A stretch of DNA of 64,000 nucleotides, taken from positions 36,782-100,781 of the forward strand of contig JACPEV010000011.1 of NCBI GenBank assembly GCA_016183325.1. The letters run 5' to 3'. Below are positions 1 to 8,410 of the stretch, piece after piece; positions within the stretch are counted from its first letter, which is position 1, and the number at the start of each line of letters is the position of its first letter. Source of the stretch: Candidatus Curtissbacteria bacterium (GTDB lineage: Bacteria > Patescibacteriota > Microgenomatia > Curtissbacterales > GWA2-41-24). The notes beneath the pieces were generated by a model that worked only from the letters and a program-made list of their open reading frames with translations, was not told where the DNA came from and did not search any database. Position numbers and translations under genes: made by a program.

Positions 1-1072
1 CAAAAGAGGCGATTATAGTGCCTTCTTTTAGTTGAGGCAAGCTGGCTAGCACCAACTGTTGATTTCTGCCGCCTTGGCCGGAACCTTCTACTTTGAGACT
101 CGTTTCGCCACCTACCAGCAGGATAGTTGATGGCGGTGTTAACTCGAGCAATTTTTTACCGGCAATATTGGCATTGTCTTTGAACCTGTCCGAGTAGACT
201 TGTGCTTGATAGCCCAATTGTTTGGCCTTTTGCTGCATTGCTTCAAGTGCTGTTAGATTGCTGAGAATAAGCAAATTTTCTATTTTTGCAAAATATTTAT
301 CATCTTTGGGACTTTCGACGAAGTCCGAGTCTTTTAGGCCAAGTTGGTCTTTAAGGTTGTATTTTTCAAGAACACTTTGAGCGTCTTGTCTGCTTGTTGG
401 ATCTTTAACTGTGGGGCCTGAGGCAATACTCGCCAGATCATTTCCGGGAACGTCTGAGAATATGAGATTGATGACTGTAGCAGGGTAGATGATTTTTGCT
501 AGTCCCCCACCTTTGACAATATCCAAATGTTTTCTGACGCTGTTTATTTGGTGAATGTCGGCAGCAGAGTGAAGTAGAGCTTTGTTGACTTCTATCATTT
601 GCGCAAGCGAAAGAGTGTACGGTTTTTCCAGCATGACAGAGCCTCCGCCGCAGGTAACAATGATTACCAGGTCGTTTTCTGTGAGGTGTTCGAATTTCTC
701 GATTACATTTTCTGTGAAATCTATATTAGCTTGCGACGGGAGAGGATGAGTTCCGAGTGTGAATTGGCATTTTGCAAATGTTTTGGGAGTTACATCAATA
801 ACGTAGCCTTCATATAAGAAGCTTGCGAGTAAGCTTTCTAAAATAGAGGAGATTTGGGCTGAACCCTTGCCGAAACCAAGAAGAAAGACTCTTTGAAAAT
901 TATCGAGATTAGTAGTGTGCTCTTTGATCTTGAGTTGGTCTTTGTTGCGAGAAACGTTTTTGTGAATGACATTTTGGGGCTGGATTGAATCGAAAGCTGC
1001 TTCTATAAGATCAAGGACTACTTTTCGCTTGGAACTCGTAGCCAGAGTTTGGTAATTTTTAATGTATTCCAC
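1..1072 (-). CDS. Glycerate 2-kinase / MOFRL family (DUF4147), runs off the window start
   Basis: Manual translation from GTG at 1072 (VEYIKNYQTLATSSKRKVVLDLIEAAF) with GFGKGS, HPLPS, CGGGSAL, VRKHLDIVKGGGLA, SDVPGNDLASIASGPT and GGET...GGRNQ motifs. Confidence 0.85.
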   Translation of the reverse strand, partial: MEYIKNYQTLATSSKRKVVLDLIEAAFDSIQPQNVIHKNVSRNKDQLKIKEHTTNLDNFQRVFLLGFGKGSAQISSILESLLASFLYEGYVIDVTPKTFAKCQFTLGTHPLPSQANIDFTENVIEKFEHLTENDLVIIVTCGGGSVMLEKPYTLSLAQMIEVNKALLHSAADIHQINSVRKHLDIVKGGGLAKIIYPATVINLIFSDVPGNDLASIASGPTVKDPTSRQDAQSVLEKYNLKDQLGLKDSDFVESPKDDKYFAKIENLLILSNLTALEAMQQKAKQLGYQAQVYSDRFKDNANIAGKKLLELTPPSTILLVGGETSLKVEGSGQGGRNQQLVLASLPQLKEGTIIASF

Positions 1073-1138
1073 ACATAAAATTGTAACACTGAATTTTAAT
1101 TGAAAGATAGTCGGCTTTAAGATAAAATTGCTTTGCAC

Positions 1139-1226
1139 GCCGAGGTGCTGGAACTGGTAGACAGGATCGACTTAAAATCGATTGTCCGTAAAGTCGGACG
1201 TGTGGGTTCGAGTCCCACCCCCGGCA
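1139..1226 (+). tRNA. tRNA-Leu(TAA)
   Basis: GCCGAGG acceptor, anticodon arm ATCGA-CTTAAAA-TCGAT, long variable arm, GTTCGAGTC T-loop. Confidence 0.95.
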
Positions 1227-1228
1227 CT

Positions 1229-1302
1229 CGGGGAGTAGCTCAGTTGGCTAGAGCGCCGCGTTTGGGACGCGGAGGTCGAAGGTTCAAGTCCTTTCTCCCC
1301 GA
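1229..1302 (+). tRNA. tRNA-Pro(TGG)
   Basis: CGGGGAG/CTCCCCG acceptor, CCGCG-TTTGGGA-CGCGG anticodon arm, GTTCAAGTC. Confidence 0.95.
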
Positions 1303-1369
1303 CTTTGATTTTTGAGGCTAAATTAGCGTGATTTTGGGGTTGATGGAGATAGGACTTCGAACAATTAAC

Positions 1370-2095
1370 TTAAACTTTTCTTGCTCTAACTACTAACCGA
1401 GAGGCTCCAAAAGAAGTATATTTGCTGTATTCCTCTGGGTTTGTTCGTTCTCCTTCTTTTGCAACATCTGGTTCGTCAATCATATCGATTGTAAACCCAG
1501 CACTTATTGTTTCATTTATGAAGTCTGCAGTAGTTCGGTGAAAGAAGGGTGTTTCCGACCCCCAAGGTGTCTTCTCATTTCGCCAACCTCGTTTTTGATA
1601 GAGTGATAGATTGTCATTTACAATCCTAATAGGATGAGTTGTAACGTAAAATAGAACTCCATCGCTCTTAAGCCACTTGTGAAAGTTTGCCATCATTCTT
1701 TTAAGTCCTTCTTCATCAAGGTAATGGAATACCATTGCAGCAGTTATCAAGTCGAAGTGATTTGTTGGAAGGTCAGCGTCAACTAGGTCAGCTTGAATTA
1801 GTTTCACTTCTGGAAGTTTTTTTCTTGCTTCATCCAGCATATTTTGGCTAATATCAACGCCAGTTACGTTATCGGGCTGAATCCCATTATTGATTAAATG
1901 TTCAATTATTCTGCCACTTCCGCAGCCAGCGTCTAACACACGAACTTGTGGTCTACATAAGTCTCTAAGGTGTCTATCAAAAGCAGGTTTCTCTATGAAT
2001 TGCCAACTGAATGAGGTGGGAGCAAAGTCAATGTACGATTTAGCTTGTTCGGAATAAACCCTTGCAATGTTTTGACCATTTGGCTGTTCAGGCAT
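1370..2095 (-). CDS. Class I SAM-dependent methyltransferase
   Basis: VLDAGCGSG motif I, GVDISQNML, FDLI; ATG at 2095 preferred over the ORF start at 2131. Confidence 0.85.
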   Translation of the reverse strand: MPEQPNGQNIARVYSEQAKSYIDFAPTSFSWQFIEKPAFDRHLRDLCRPQVRVLDAGCGSGRIIEHLINNGIQPDNVTGVDISQNMLDEARKKLPEVKLIQADLVDADLPTNHFDLITAAMVFHYLDEEGLKRMMANFHKWLKSDGVLFYVTTHPIRIVNDNLSLYQKRGWRNEKTPWGSETPFFHRTTADFINETISAGFTIDMIDEPDVAKEGERTNPEEYSKYTSFGASRLVVRARKV

Positions 2096-2245
2096 AGATT
2101 GTATGTTATTGTAGTCAGAGGCTTTAAGCAAGTGCGAGCGTTGGCTGAAGTTTTTCTACCTTCTCTGTTAGGAAGTCTAAGTCCTGCCGATTTACAACAT
2201 TTTGTGTCCAAATTGTTCGAAGATCGTCCAGTATTGTCGACTAGA

Positions 2246-2309
2246 GAAGATTACAAAGAATGCTTATTTTGGATTATCTTAACAAGACTACGGGAGGGCC
2301 GTCCCCAAT
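2246..2309 (+). repeat. 64-bp direct repeat, copy 1
   Basis: Matches 4127-4190 with 5 mismatches. Confidence 0.9.
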
Positions 2310-2325
2310 CCGCTATATTTTGATC

Positions 2326-3234
2326 TTAATTAACAGGAGTTACTTCAAGAGGTTTATCAGCCCCAGTGGGGTATTGCAGAATATAGGTATCGATCTTTCC
2401 TTTTGAGGTACTCTTTTTGATCGAATCTTCTTTTAAGGTGTTAACAAGCCGAGTCATTAAACTATATTCACCTTCTCCATTACCAATTACCTTCAGTTCC
2501 CAACTCCCAATCATATCTGTTATTGCAAATGATTCTAATTGATCAGGGAGTCGTCCTTCATAGTAAACATCTTCAATTCCATTTAACCTCTCCCCAGTTT
2601 TAGGATCATAACCCGCATGAGTACCCTCAGGACTCGTTAAATAAAAATCAGCAGGACCTGTAAGAACCAAAAACACCCTCTTGAGAGATTCTGGTTGTCT
2701 TTGTTGTTCTTCAAAAGGCAGGTTGGTATTACCATAAACAGCAGTCTCACTGTTACTTATTAACCAAATTCCCGAGGTATTTTTTTCCAGTGTCACCACT
2801 GTAGGTAAAGTTTGTCCACTGACGACTAAATCCACATTAACAAATGCTTTATTACCACCAAAATCAGTTTTAGTTTCAGTAATCTTATAGCTAAACTCTT
2901 GATTATATAAAGAGGGAGAATTAGTATCGTTTTCAAAAGTTGATTTGAATGCAGCTTTATTAACATTTTCAGATAAATAGCTCTTAGCCTTACTCTTATT
3001 CTTATCTTTAACTGCTTGAAAGAAGGCTGTTATAATATTTTCAGGTTTACTTTCTGGGGTTTTGTTAGTTCCTTTTGATTCTTTCAACAGTTTCTCAGAA
3101 TTTGTAGCTTCTTGCGATTTATTTTGAACTTGTCCTTTTAGATAAAAAGCTCCCAAAGGAATACTCACCAACAACACAACAAATACTGAAATAATTAGAA
3201 TTGAAGAAAATCCTTGTTGGTTAACAATCTTCAC
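2326..3234 (-). CDS. Membrane-anchored hypothetical protein (NTF2/DUF4878-like middle domain)
   Basis: Pilin-like QQGFS N-terminus plus TM helix; PENIITAFFQAV...AKSYLS...LEK...WLI pattern. Confidence 0.6.
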   Translation of the reverse strand: MKIVNQQGFSSILIISVFVVLLVSIPLGAFYLKGQVQNKSQEATNSEKLLKESKGTNKTPESKPENIITAFFQAVKDKNKSKAKSYLSENVNKAAFKSTFENDTNSPSLYNQEFSYKITETKTDFGGNKAFVNVDLVVSGQTLPTVVTLEKNTSGIWLISNSETAVYGNTNLPFEEQQRQPESLKRVFLVLTGPADFYLTSPEGTHAGYDPKTGERLNGIEDVYYEGRLPDQLESFAITDMIGSWELKVIGNGEGEYSLMTRLVNTLKEDSIKKSTSKGKIDTYILQYPTGADKPLEVTPVN

Positions 3235-3304
3235 AATTTAATTGTCAGTCTTTATTAGTGAAGTTGTCAATAATAGATTCGTAACTATGATGCCAAGGCC
3301 TTTT

Positions 3305-3481
3305 TTACTTAAAGAAAGGAAATACTGATTTAATCCAAGAAACTAGTTGATTAAGCCGAGCCTCTAAAAAGTTTTGTCTTTGTTTTGACTGCTCCAATTG
3401 ATTTTGTAAATTTTCTACTTTTTGGTTTAACTCCTCAATATTTGAATTATCAGGAGACAGGAGTTCTTTGTAGTAAAACAT
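3305..3481 (-). CDS. Short coiled-coil ORF or 3' remnant of a larger gene (58 aa)
   Basis: MFYYKELLSPDNSNIEELNQKVENLQNQLEQSKQRQNFLEARLNQLVSWIKSVFPFFK; below the ORF-track cutoff. Confidence 0.4.
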   Translation of the reverse strand: MFYYKELLSPDNSNIEELNQKVENLQNQLEQSKQRQNFLEARLNQLVSWIKSVFPFFK

Positions 3482-3511
3482 TATACTGATTTATTTGAGA
3501 TTTTTTTGAAG

Positions 3512-3899
3512 TTATTTTATTTTCGCTTCGCGAAAACCTAGGATTATCAATCCTAGGATGAAGCGAAGAGAAAACATACTTCCGAGAAAGTTTCGAGTTA
3601 GAACCGGAGCCGAATGATATGATTGGTGAAAACCGAGGGCTATTAGCCCTCGGAAGTTTATTTTTTCGAATTCATCTCTAGAGATATTTACATCTCTTAA
3701 AATTTTTCTAAGAAGTCCTATTCTAACATTTTCTCCAGAATGAACTGGTACGCTAGTTTTTCTGCCATCAGCATGTTCTAACCTAACATGACTGCCACTT
3801 TGACGGATCTTCATAGCATCCCTGCAGTTCTGGTACCTCTGCAATATACCATCCATCTTCGTCTTGTTCTATTAACACTTTAAACTGTAGGTCTTTCAT
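3512..3899 (-). pseudogene. Collapsed hicB-hicA toxin-antitoxin locus (internal deletion)
   Basis: ATG 3899 gives a HicB-like N-terminus MKDLQFKVLIEQDEDGWYIAEVPELQGCY; from ~3812 another frame gives the HicA core RQSGSHVRLEHADGRKTSVPVH...GLLRKILRD. Confidence 0.8.
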
Positions 3900-4126
3900 A
3901 TTAAACGAATTATACCACTAAAATATGTAGTTTGTCGGACTAGTTTCAGCTTTATAAATTAATATTTCATTTCATGATCAAAAGTTGCTGGATTCCAGCG
4001 TTTTAGGATAGAATCTACCGGTGGGAGCAGCGATTCGACTGAGCTCATCGTCGAAGTCTTGCCCTGCGTACTGAGCGAAGCCGGAGTATCGAAGGGTTCA
4101 AGATTTCTCGCTCCTATTCGTCCGGG

Positions 4127-4190
4127 GAAGGTTACAAAGAATGCTTATTTTGGATTATCTTAACAAGATTACGGGAGGAGCGTCCCTAAT
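4127..4190 (+). repeat. 64-bp direct repeat, copy 2
   Basis: Matches 2246-2309. Confidence 0.9.
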
Positions 4191-4214
4191 AGTTAATTAA
4201 GGAGGTGATTACGG

Positions 4215-4463
4215 ATGGCTACGTTTATCGGAATTCATAAGTTTGATGCCGGTATTGGTGACGAGACGATTCGTGGAAAGTGGTCGAAATACAAAGATTC
4301 GTGTGCCAAGTTAAGCTTGAAGCCGGTTAATCTTTATCTCAATGGGGATCAAGGGGCTGCGTTTTGCATAACGGAAGCTTCAAATGGTGAAGAAGTGAGA
4401 AAAGCTCACGAAGATGCTGGTTTAACAGTGGATGAGGTAATTGAAGTTAGGGTGAGCGAGTGA
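4215..4463 (+). CDS. DUF4242-like small ferredoxin-fold protein
   Basis: Strong RBS AAGGAGGTGA; FCITEASNGEEVRKAHEDAGLTVDEVIEV pattern. Confidence 0.65.
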   Translation: MATFIGIHKFDAGIGDETIRGKWSKYKDSCAKLSLKPVNLYLNGDQGAAFCITEASNGEEVRKAHEDAGLTVDEVIEVRVSE

Positions 4464-4466
4464 CGG

Positions 4467-4940
4467 TTATGTTTTCGGGTAGCAAGTTATCGCGAATTTG
4501 TAGGTTTTTTTGCTTGTTTCCTTATCGAGTGTGAATATTCCCTCCCTTGGTCTTTTGAGAAGTATTTCGCACCGTCCATCTTCGAGCGAATCATTGGTGA
4601 ACAGAAATTCGTCTGGAACAGATGTATATATTTGGGTTGCGACAAACCACCCTTGGGATAGGAAATCTCTGTAATAGGTATAGATTTGTGGCCAGTTGTC
4701 TGTAGTTTGGAATTCGATTATCGAAGGTACTTCTGTGCAGCCATCGAAGTAGACGAAGCAAGGGCGTTTAGTGTTATTGACGTCCCATGACTTGGCATTT
4801 GGGTATTTAAAGATGTTTTCCGATACTTGTTGTGTTAGTGTGTTTGGTTTTTTGGAAAAGTTAGTATAAAGAATATAGCCAAAGAAGGCGGTAAGGCTTA
4901 GGGTTATAATAAGTGGCAGGATAGACCCTTTTCTTATCAC
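4467..4940 (-). CDS. Membrane-anchored hypothetical protein
   Basis: N-terminal TM helix, FKYPNA...YYRDFLSQGW, four Cys. Confidence 0.6.
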   Translation of the reverse strand: MIRKGSILPLIITLSLTAFFGYILYTNFSKKPNTLTQQVSENIFKYPNAKSWDVNNTKRPCFVYFDGCTEVPSIIEFQTTDNWPQIYTYYRDFLSQGWFVATQIYTSVPDEFLFTNDSLEDGRCEILLKRPREGIFTLDKETSKKTYKFAITCYPKT

Positions 4941-4999
4941 AATACCATTTTAGCAGATTATGCGTTAAAATTATTCATAAGTCATGTGGTTGTTTTTTT

Positions 5000-5773
5000 A
5001 TGGCTAAAATTCTTAAGTTCATTCAGGTAAACATTTATAAAGGGAAATATTTGGATGCGCTTGTTGATTTTTTGAAGAGTGAAGATCCGGATTTTGTTTC
5101 GATGCAGGAGGTATCTTCGGGAGTTGTTAACGAGTGTGCTGATAGGAAAATCGATCTTTTTGGTTTTCTTGGAGAAAAACTCAAGATGTACGGTCGGTTT
5201 TCTGATAATGTGGCACTTTCTGATTTTGATGATTCGGGACTCGGTAACGCTGTTTTATCCAAATTGCCCATCATAGACAGTAAGGTTGAAGTCCTTAAAG
5301 ATTTTAGACGTTTGTTGCTTTCCGAACTTAAAGACGATAAATTTTGGCCGGAGATTAAAAGATCGATTGTCGACGTTTCCGTTAAGATAAATGGCGAGAT
5401 TTTGCATGCGATGTCGGTGCATGGAGCTTGGACAGCGCCACCGACGGATACCAACGAAACGGCCCGTCAGGCGAAACTTATTGCTTCTTACCTTAAGTCT
5501 CTTGGCGATGTACCTTTCATTTTAGGTGGTGATTTTAATATGCCGCCGGAGATGAAAGTGATTAAGATTATTTCTGGTGTTGCAAATAACTTGATGCTTG
5601 GCTCACCTTTTAAATACACGACTCATCCTGAGGTGCATAAAATTGTACCAAGGAAGCTTTTGGTTGATTATATTTTTACCTCGCGCCATTTTAAAAAAAT
5701 ATCTCTTGCAGTTCCGGAAGTTTTAGTCTCCGATCATTTGCCGGTGGTTGCTCAGTTGGAGTTTGTGCCTTAA
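5000..5773 (+). CDS. Endonuclease/exonuclease/phosphatase (EEP) family protein
   Basis: QVN, MQEV, GNAVLSKLP, GGDFN, VDYIF, SDHLPV motifs. Confidence 0.9.
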   Translation: MAKILKFIQVNIYKGKYLDALVDFLKSEDPDFVSMQEVSSGVVNECADRKIDLFGFLGEKLKMYGRFSDNVALSDFDDSGLGNAVLSKLPIIDSKVEVLKDFRRLLLSELKDDKFWPEIKRSIVDVSVKINGEILHAMSVHGAWTAPPTDTNETARQAKLIASYLKSLGDVPFILGGDFNMPPEMKVIKIISGVANNLMLGSPFKYTTHPEVHKIVPRKLLVDYIFTSRHFKKISLAVPEVLVSDHLPVVAQLEFVP

Positions 5774-5796
5774 TTTTTGGTAAAATATGGTCACTT

Positions 5797-5867
5797 GCGA
5801 GTGTAGTTCAATGGCAGAACACCAGTTTTCCAAACTGGATACGAGGGTTCGATTCCCTTCACTCGCT
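5797..5867 (+). tRNA. tRNA-Gly(TCC)
   Basis: GCGAGTG/CACTCGC acceptor, CCAGT-TTTCCAA-ACTGG. Confidence 0.95.
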
Positions 5868-5872
5868 CACAT

Positions 5873-5945
5873 GCGCCCATAGCTCAACGGATAGAGCGTT
5901 CGCGTTCTAAGCGAGTGGTTGGGGGTTCGAATCCCTCTGGGCGCG
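5873..5945 (+). tRNA. tRNA-Arg(TCT)
   Basis: GCGCCCA/TGGGCGC acceptor, TTCGC-GTTCTAA-GCGAG, GTTCGAATC. Confidence 0.93.
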
Positions 5946-5970
5946 CTAAATCTTGGTCTCACAGAGACCC

Positions 5971-6138
5971 GGGGACGGTCCTAAGCTTCCTTGTCCTAAT
6001 AATCTAATTTGAGAATTGTTTTTGGTGCTTCTTTATTCAAACTGTCTTACAACTAAATCTAAGGGACTAATTTTTCAGAGACTCTTACAACTATTTCATT
6101 TTTGGACTATTGTATCAAGCCTTCTGAGGACCGTCCCC
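5971..6138. repeat. Inverted REP-like pair GGGGACGGTCCT / AGGACCGTCCCC
   Basis: Perfect 12-bp inverted repeat at 5971-5982 and 6127-6138. Confidence 0.7.
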
Positions 6139-6497
6139 TAAATAACCTAAATAACTTTTTCTCTAACCGAAGCAAAAAAAATGAGAGTCCCGAGGGCAAT
6201 AAGAAATCTTTTACGATTGCTTGAATCAGCACAAGGGAAAATGATTTTTGGTAATGTGATCTCATATATTAGAGGATGAAATAGCCGTGTGAGAATACCA
6301 AAAGATTATACGGGCATCCGATTAAAAATTTTCCCTCATCAAGAAATATATTTTGTCCAAAATCCTAATATTTGCATAGAAACTGTTCCTTTTACTAGAG
6401 AAGAAGTGGTCACGTTAGCTAATGGGATTTTGAAAAATCCTGGAGTTTATTGAATGCATAGAGTAAATTATAGAAAACGATGTCCAACTGGAGACAC

Positions 6498-6512
6498 CTG
6501 GGCGCGCTAAAT
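6498..6512 (+). repeat. Copy of tRNA-Arg 3' end (att-like)
   Basis: CTGGGCGCGCTAAAT identical to 5937-5951. Confidence 0.8.
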
Positions 6513-7238
6513 TGAACCAGCATTGTCAGCTGGTTCGTAACCCAATTCTTTTTGAGCATTGCTAATATCCCAAAATCTGCCATCATTATTAGAAACTCCA
6601 TAATAAATCCCAAACTCAACAGGTGCCTGAAGTGATTTCTGTATAAGTTGTATAAGATCTCGATGGCTAAGCCAAGTTTTTCTCATCCTCTCATCTGCTC
6701 TTGGATCGTCCTCTTTTGTAACTGTCCCTATTCTTAGACAGATAGATTGAACATCATATAATTCGTAATATTGCCGCGCTAATCCTTCGCCAAATAGTTT
6801 ACTATTACCATAATCGCTATCAGGCCTTACTGGATCATTAACAGTGATAACTCTTGGAGTCTTTTGTTTATGGAGAGTTGGAGGCGTACCTTCATAGAGA
6901 CCGGTGACGTGATTCGAGCTGGCGAAGACAATTCTTCTTACCCCAAACAATCTTGCGCACTCATATACATTTTTAGTACCAATTATATTATTTCTTAATA
7001 CGGAGTCCCACGGAGCATCAACCCTCGAATCTGCGCCCAAATGAATTATATATTTTACATCGCCAATTTTTGAAAAGATTTTTTTAAATGATTCAAAATC
7101 GGTTATATCTGCTTTATAAAATCTATCAGTATCATCCCCTACTTGATCGACTGTATATACCTTATATAAATTATTCAGGGGTTCTTTTAGCACCGTTCCT
7201 ATTGTTCCTTCAGAACCAGTCATAATTAGCTTTTTCAT
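6507..7238 (-). CDS. NAD-dependent epimerase/dehydratase (uronate dehydrogenase-like SDR)
   Basis: TGSEGTIG, FASSNHVTG, YGNSK (YxxxK), LRIG, WLSHRD. Confidence 0.9.
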   Translation of the reverse strand: MKKLIMTGSEGTIGTVLKEPLNNLYKVYTVDQVGDDTDRFYKADITDFESFKKIFSKIGDVKYIIHLGADSRVDAPWDSVLRNNIIGTKNVYECARLFGVRRIVFASSNHVTGLYEGTPPTLHKQKTPRVITVNDPVRPDSDYGNSKLFGEGLARQYYELYDVQSICLRIGTVTKEDDPRADERMRKTWLSHRDLIQLIQKSLQAPVEFGIYYGVSNNDGRFWDISNAQKELGYEPADNAGSI

Positions 7239-7266
7239 CGGTCTAAGTATATACCAACTAACTGTT

Positions 7267-7281
7267 TCTGGGCGCGCTAAA
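7267..7281 (+). repeat. Copy of tRNA-Arg 3' end (att-like)
   Basis: TCTGGGCGCGCTAAA identical to 5936-5950. Confidence 0.8.
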
Positions 7282-7343
7282 ATTCTTAGATTTGATATTG
7301 CAACTAGTTAAAGGTAGTATATGTCCTTATTTTCAGACTTGTC

Positions 7344-8225
7344 ATGAAAAAGGGAAGGTCAGTTGTGAATAAATTGATCAACTATGGTATTTATCTGGCC
7401 GTAGTTGCGATGTTCGCGGCGTATTTAGTTATATCAACAACGAATGACGGGCTCGGTACTGTTGCGGCCGCTCGCGACTCAGCCCCTAGCATTGGATCCG
7501 CCCCTGACCCAAGTCCGAGCTCATCACCGCCTCCTACCCCAGAGCCGGTGTACAAGGGCTATTGCCTGAATGTTCCGGTTTTAATGTATCACCATGTTGA
7601 ACCGATTGAGCAAGCTCGCGCCGCTTGGCATGCGCAATTGACTGTTGATGTTGGCGTTTTTGAGAACCAAATGAAATATTTGATCTCGCGGGGTTACAAA
7701 ACAATTTTTGCCGATGAGCTTGTTGATGCTTTAATCAATAAGCGAAGCTTACCTGCAAAAAGTGTTGTTATCACTATGGATGACGGATATAGTGATATTT
7801 ACACTTATGCATACGAAATCTTGAAGAAGCATGACATTAGGGCAAATTTGATGATATCAACCGGCCTTTTGGAAAATCCTGGATATATGACTTGGAATCA
7901 ATTAAAACAAATGGTTCAGAGTGGTCACGTGACTGCGTATGATCATACCTGGTCGCATAGTTCACTCGTAGGTAAATCAAATGAGAAAGCAATATATGAA
8001 ATTGTGACAGCAAAAGAGCAACTTGAGCAGCAGCTTGCAAAAAACCAGAATATTTTTGCATATCCTTATGGGACATATGACTCGCGAGTAATTAGTTTGC
8101 TTAGGGAAAATGGATTTATAGCCGCTTTTTCGACAGATGGCGGAACTATCCAATGTGATTCTTTTATTATGAGTTTACACAGGGTAAGGGTGGGCAATTT
8201 TCCACTTTCAGCTTACGGAATTTAG
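7344..8225 (+). CDS. Polysaccharide deacetylase (CE4/NodB), membrane anchored
   Basis: VPVLMYHHV, ITMDDGY, HTWSH, FAYPYG. Confidence 0.9.
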   Translation: MKKGRSVVNKLINYGIYLAVVAMFAAYLVISTTNDGLGTVAAARDSAPSIGSAPDPSPSSSPPPTPEPVYKGYCLNVPVLMYHHVEPIEQARAAWHAQLTVDVGVFENQMKYLISRGYKTIFADELVDALINKRSLPAKSVVITMDDGYSDIYTYAYEILKKHDIRANLMISTGLLENPGYMTWNQLKQMVQSGHVTAYDHTWSHSSLVGKSNEKAIYEIVTAKEQLEQQLAKNQNIFAYPYGTYDSRVISLLRENGFIAAFSTDGGTIQCDSFIMSLHRVRVGNFPLSAYGI

Positions 8226-8329
8226 GTTCAATTTGTTGTATATCAGCTCTTCGCCTGATATATCAGAGGAGCTCCTCAGCTGCTTTGCAGCTGGAGGAGA
8301 TCTGCTGATATAATATTGAATGTTGATTT

Positions 8330-8402
8330 GGAGGTCGTAGCTCAATGGCAGAGCAGCAGCTTGTGGAGCTGCGGGTTGGGGGTTCAATTCCCCTCGGCCT
8401 CC
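8330..8402 (+). tRNA. tRNA-His(GTG)
   Basis: G-1 plus GAGGTCG/CGGCCTC acceptor, GCAGC-TTGTGGA-GCTGC. Confidence 0.93.
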
Positions 8403-8410
8403 CCTATTGA

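Noticed and set aside
1133-1315. 60-aa ORF
   Set aside because: Overlaps tRNA-Leu and tRNA-Pro
2045-2323. 92-aa plus-strand ORF
   Set aside because: Overlaps the methyltransferase start and the 64-bp repeat; no recognisable motif, at best a remnant
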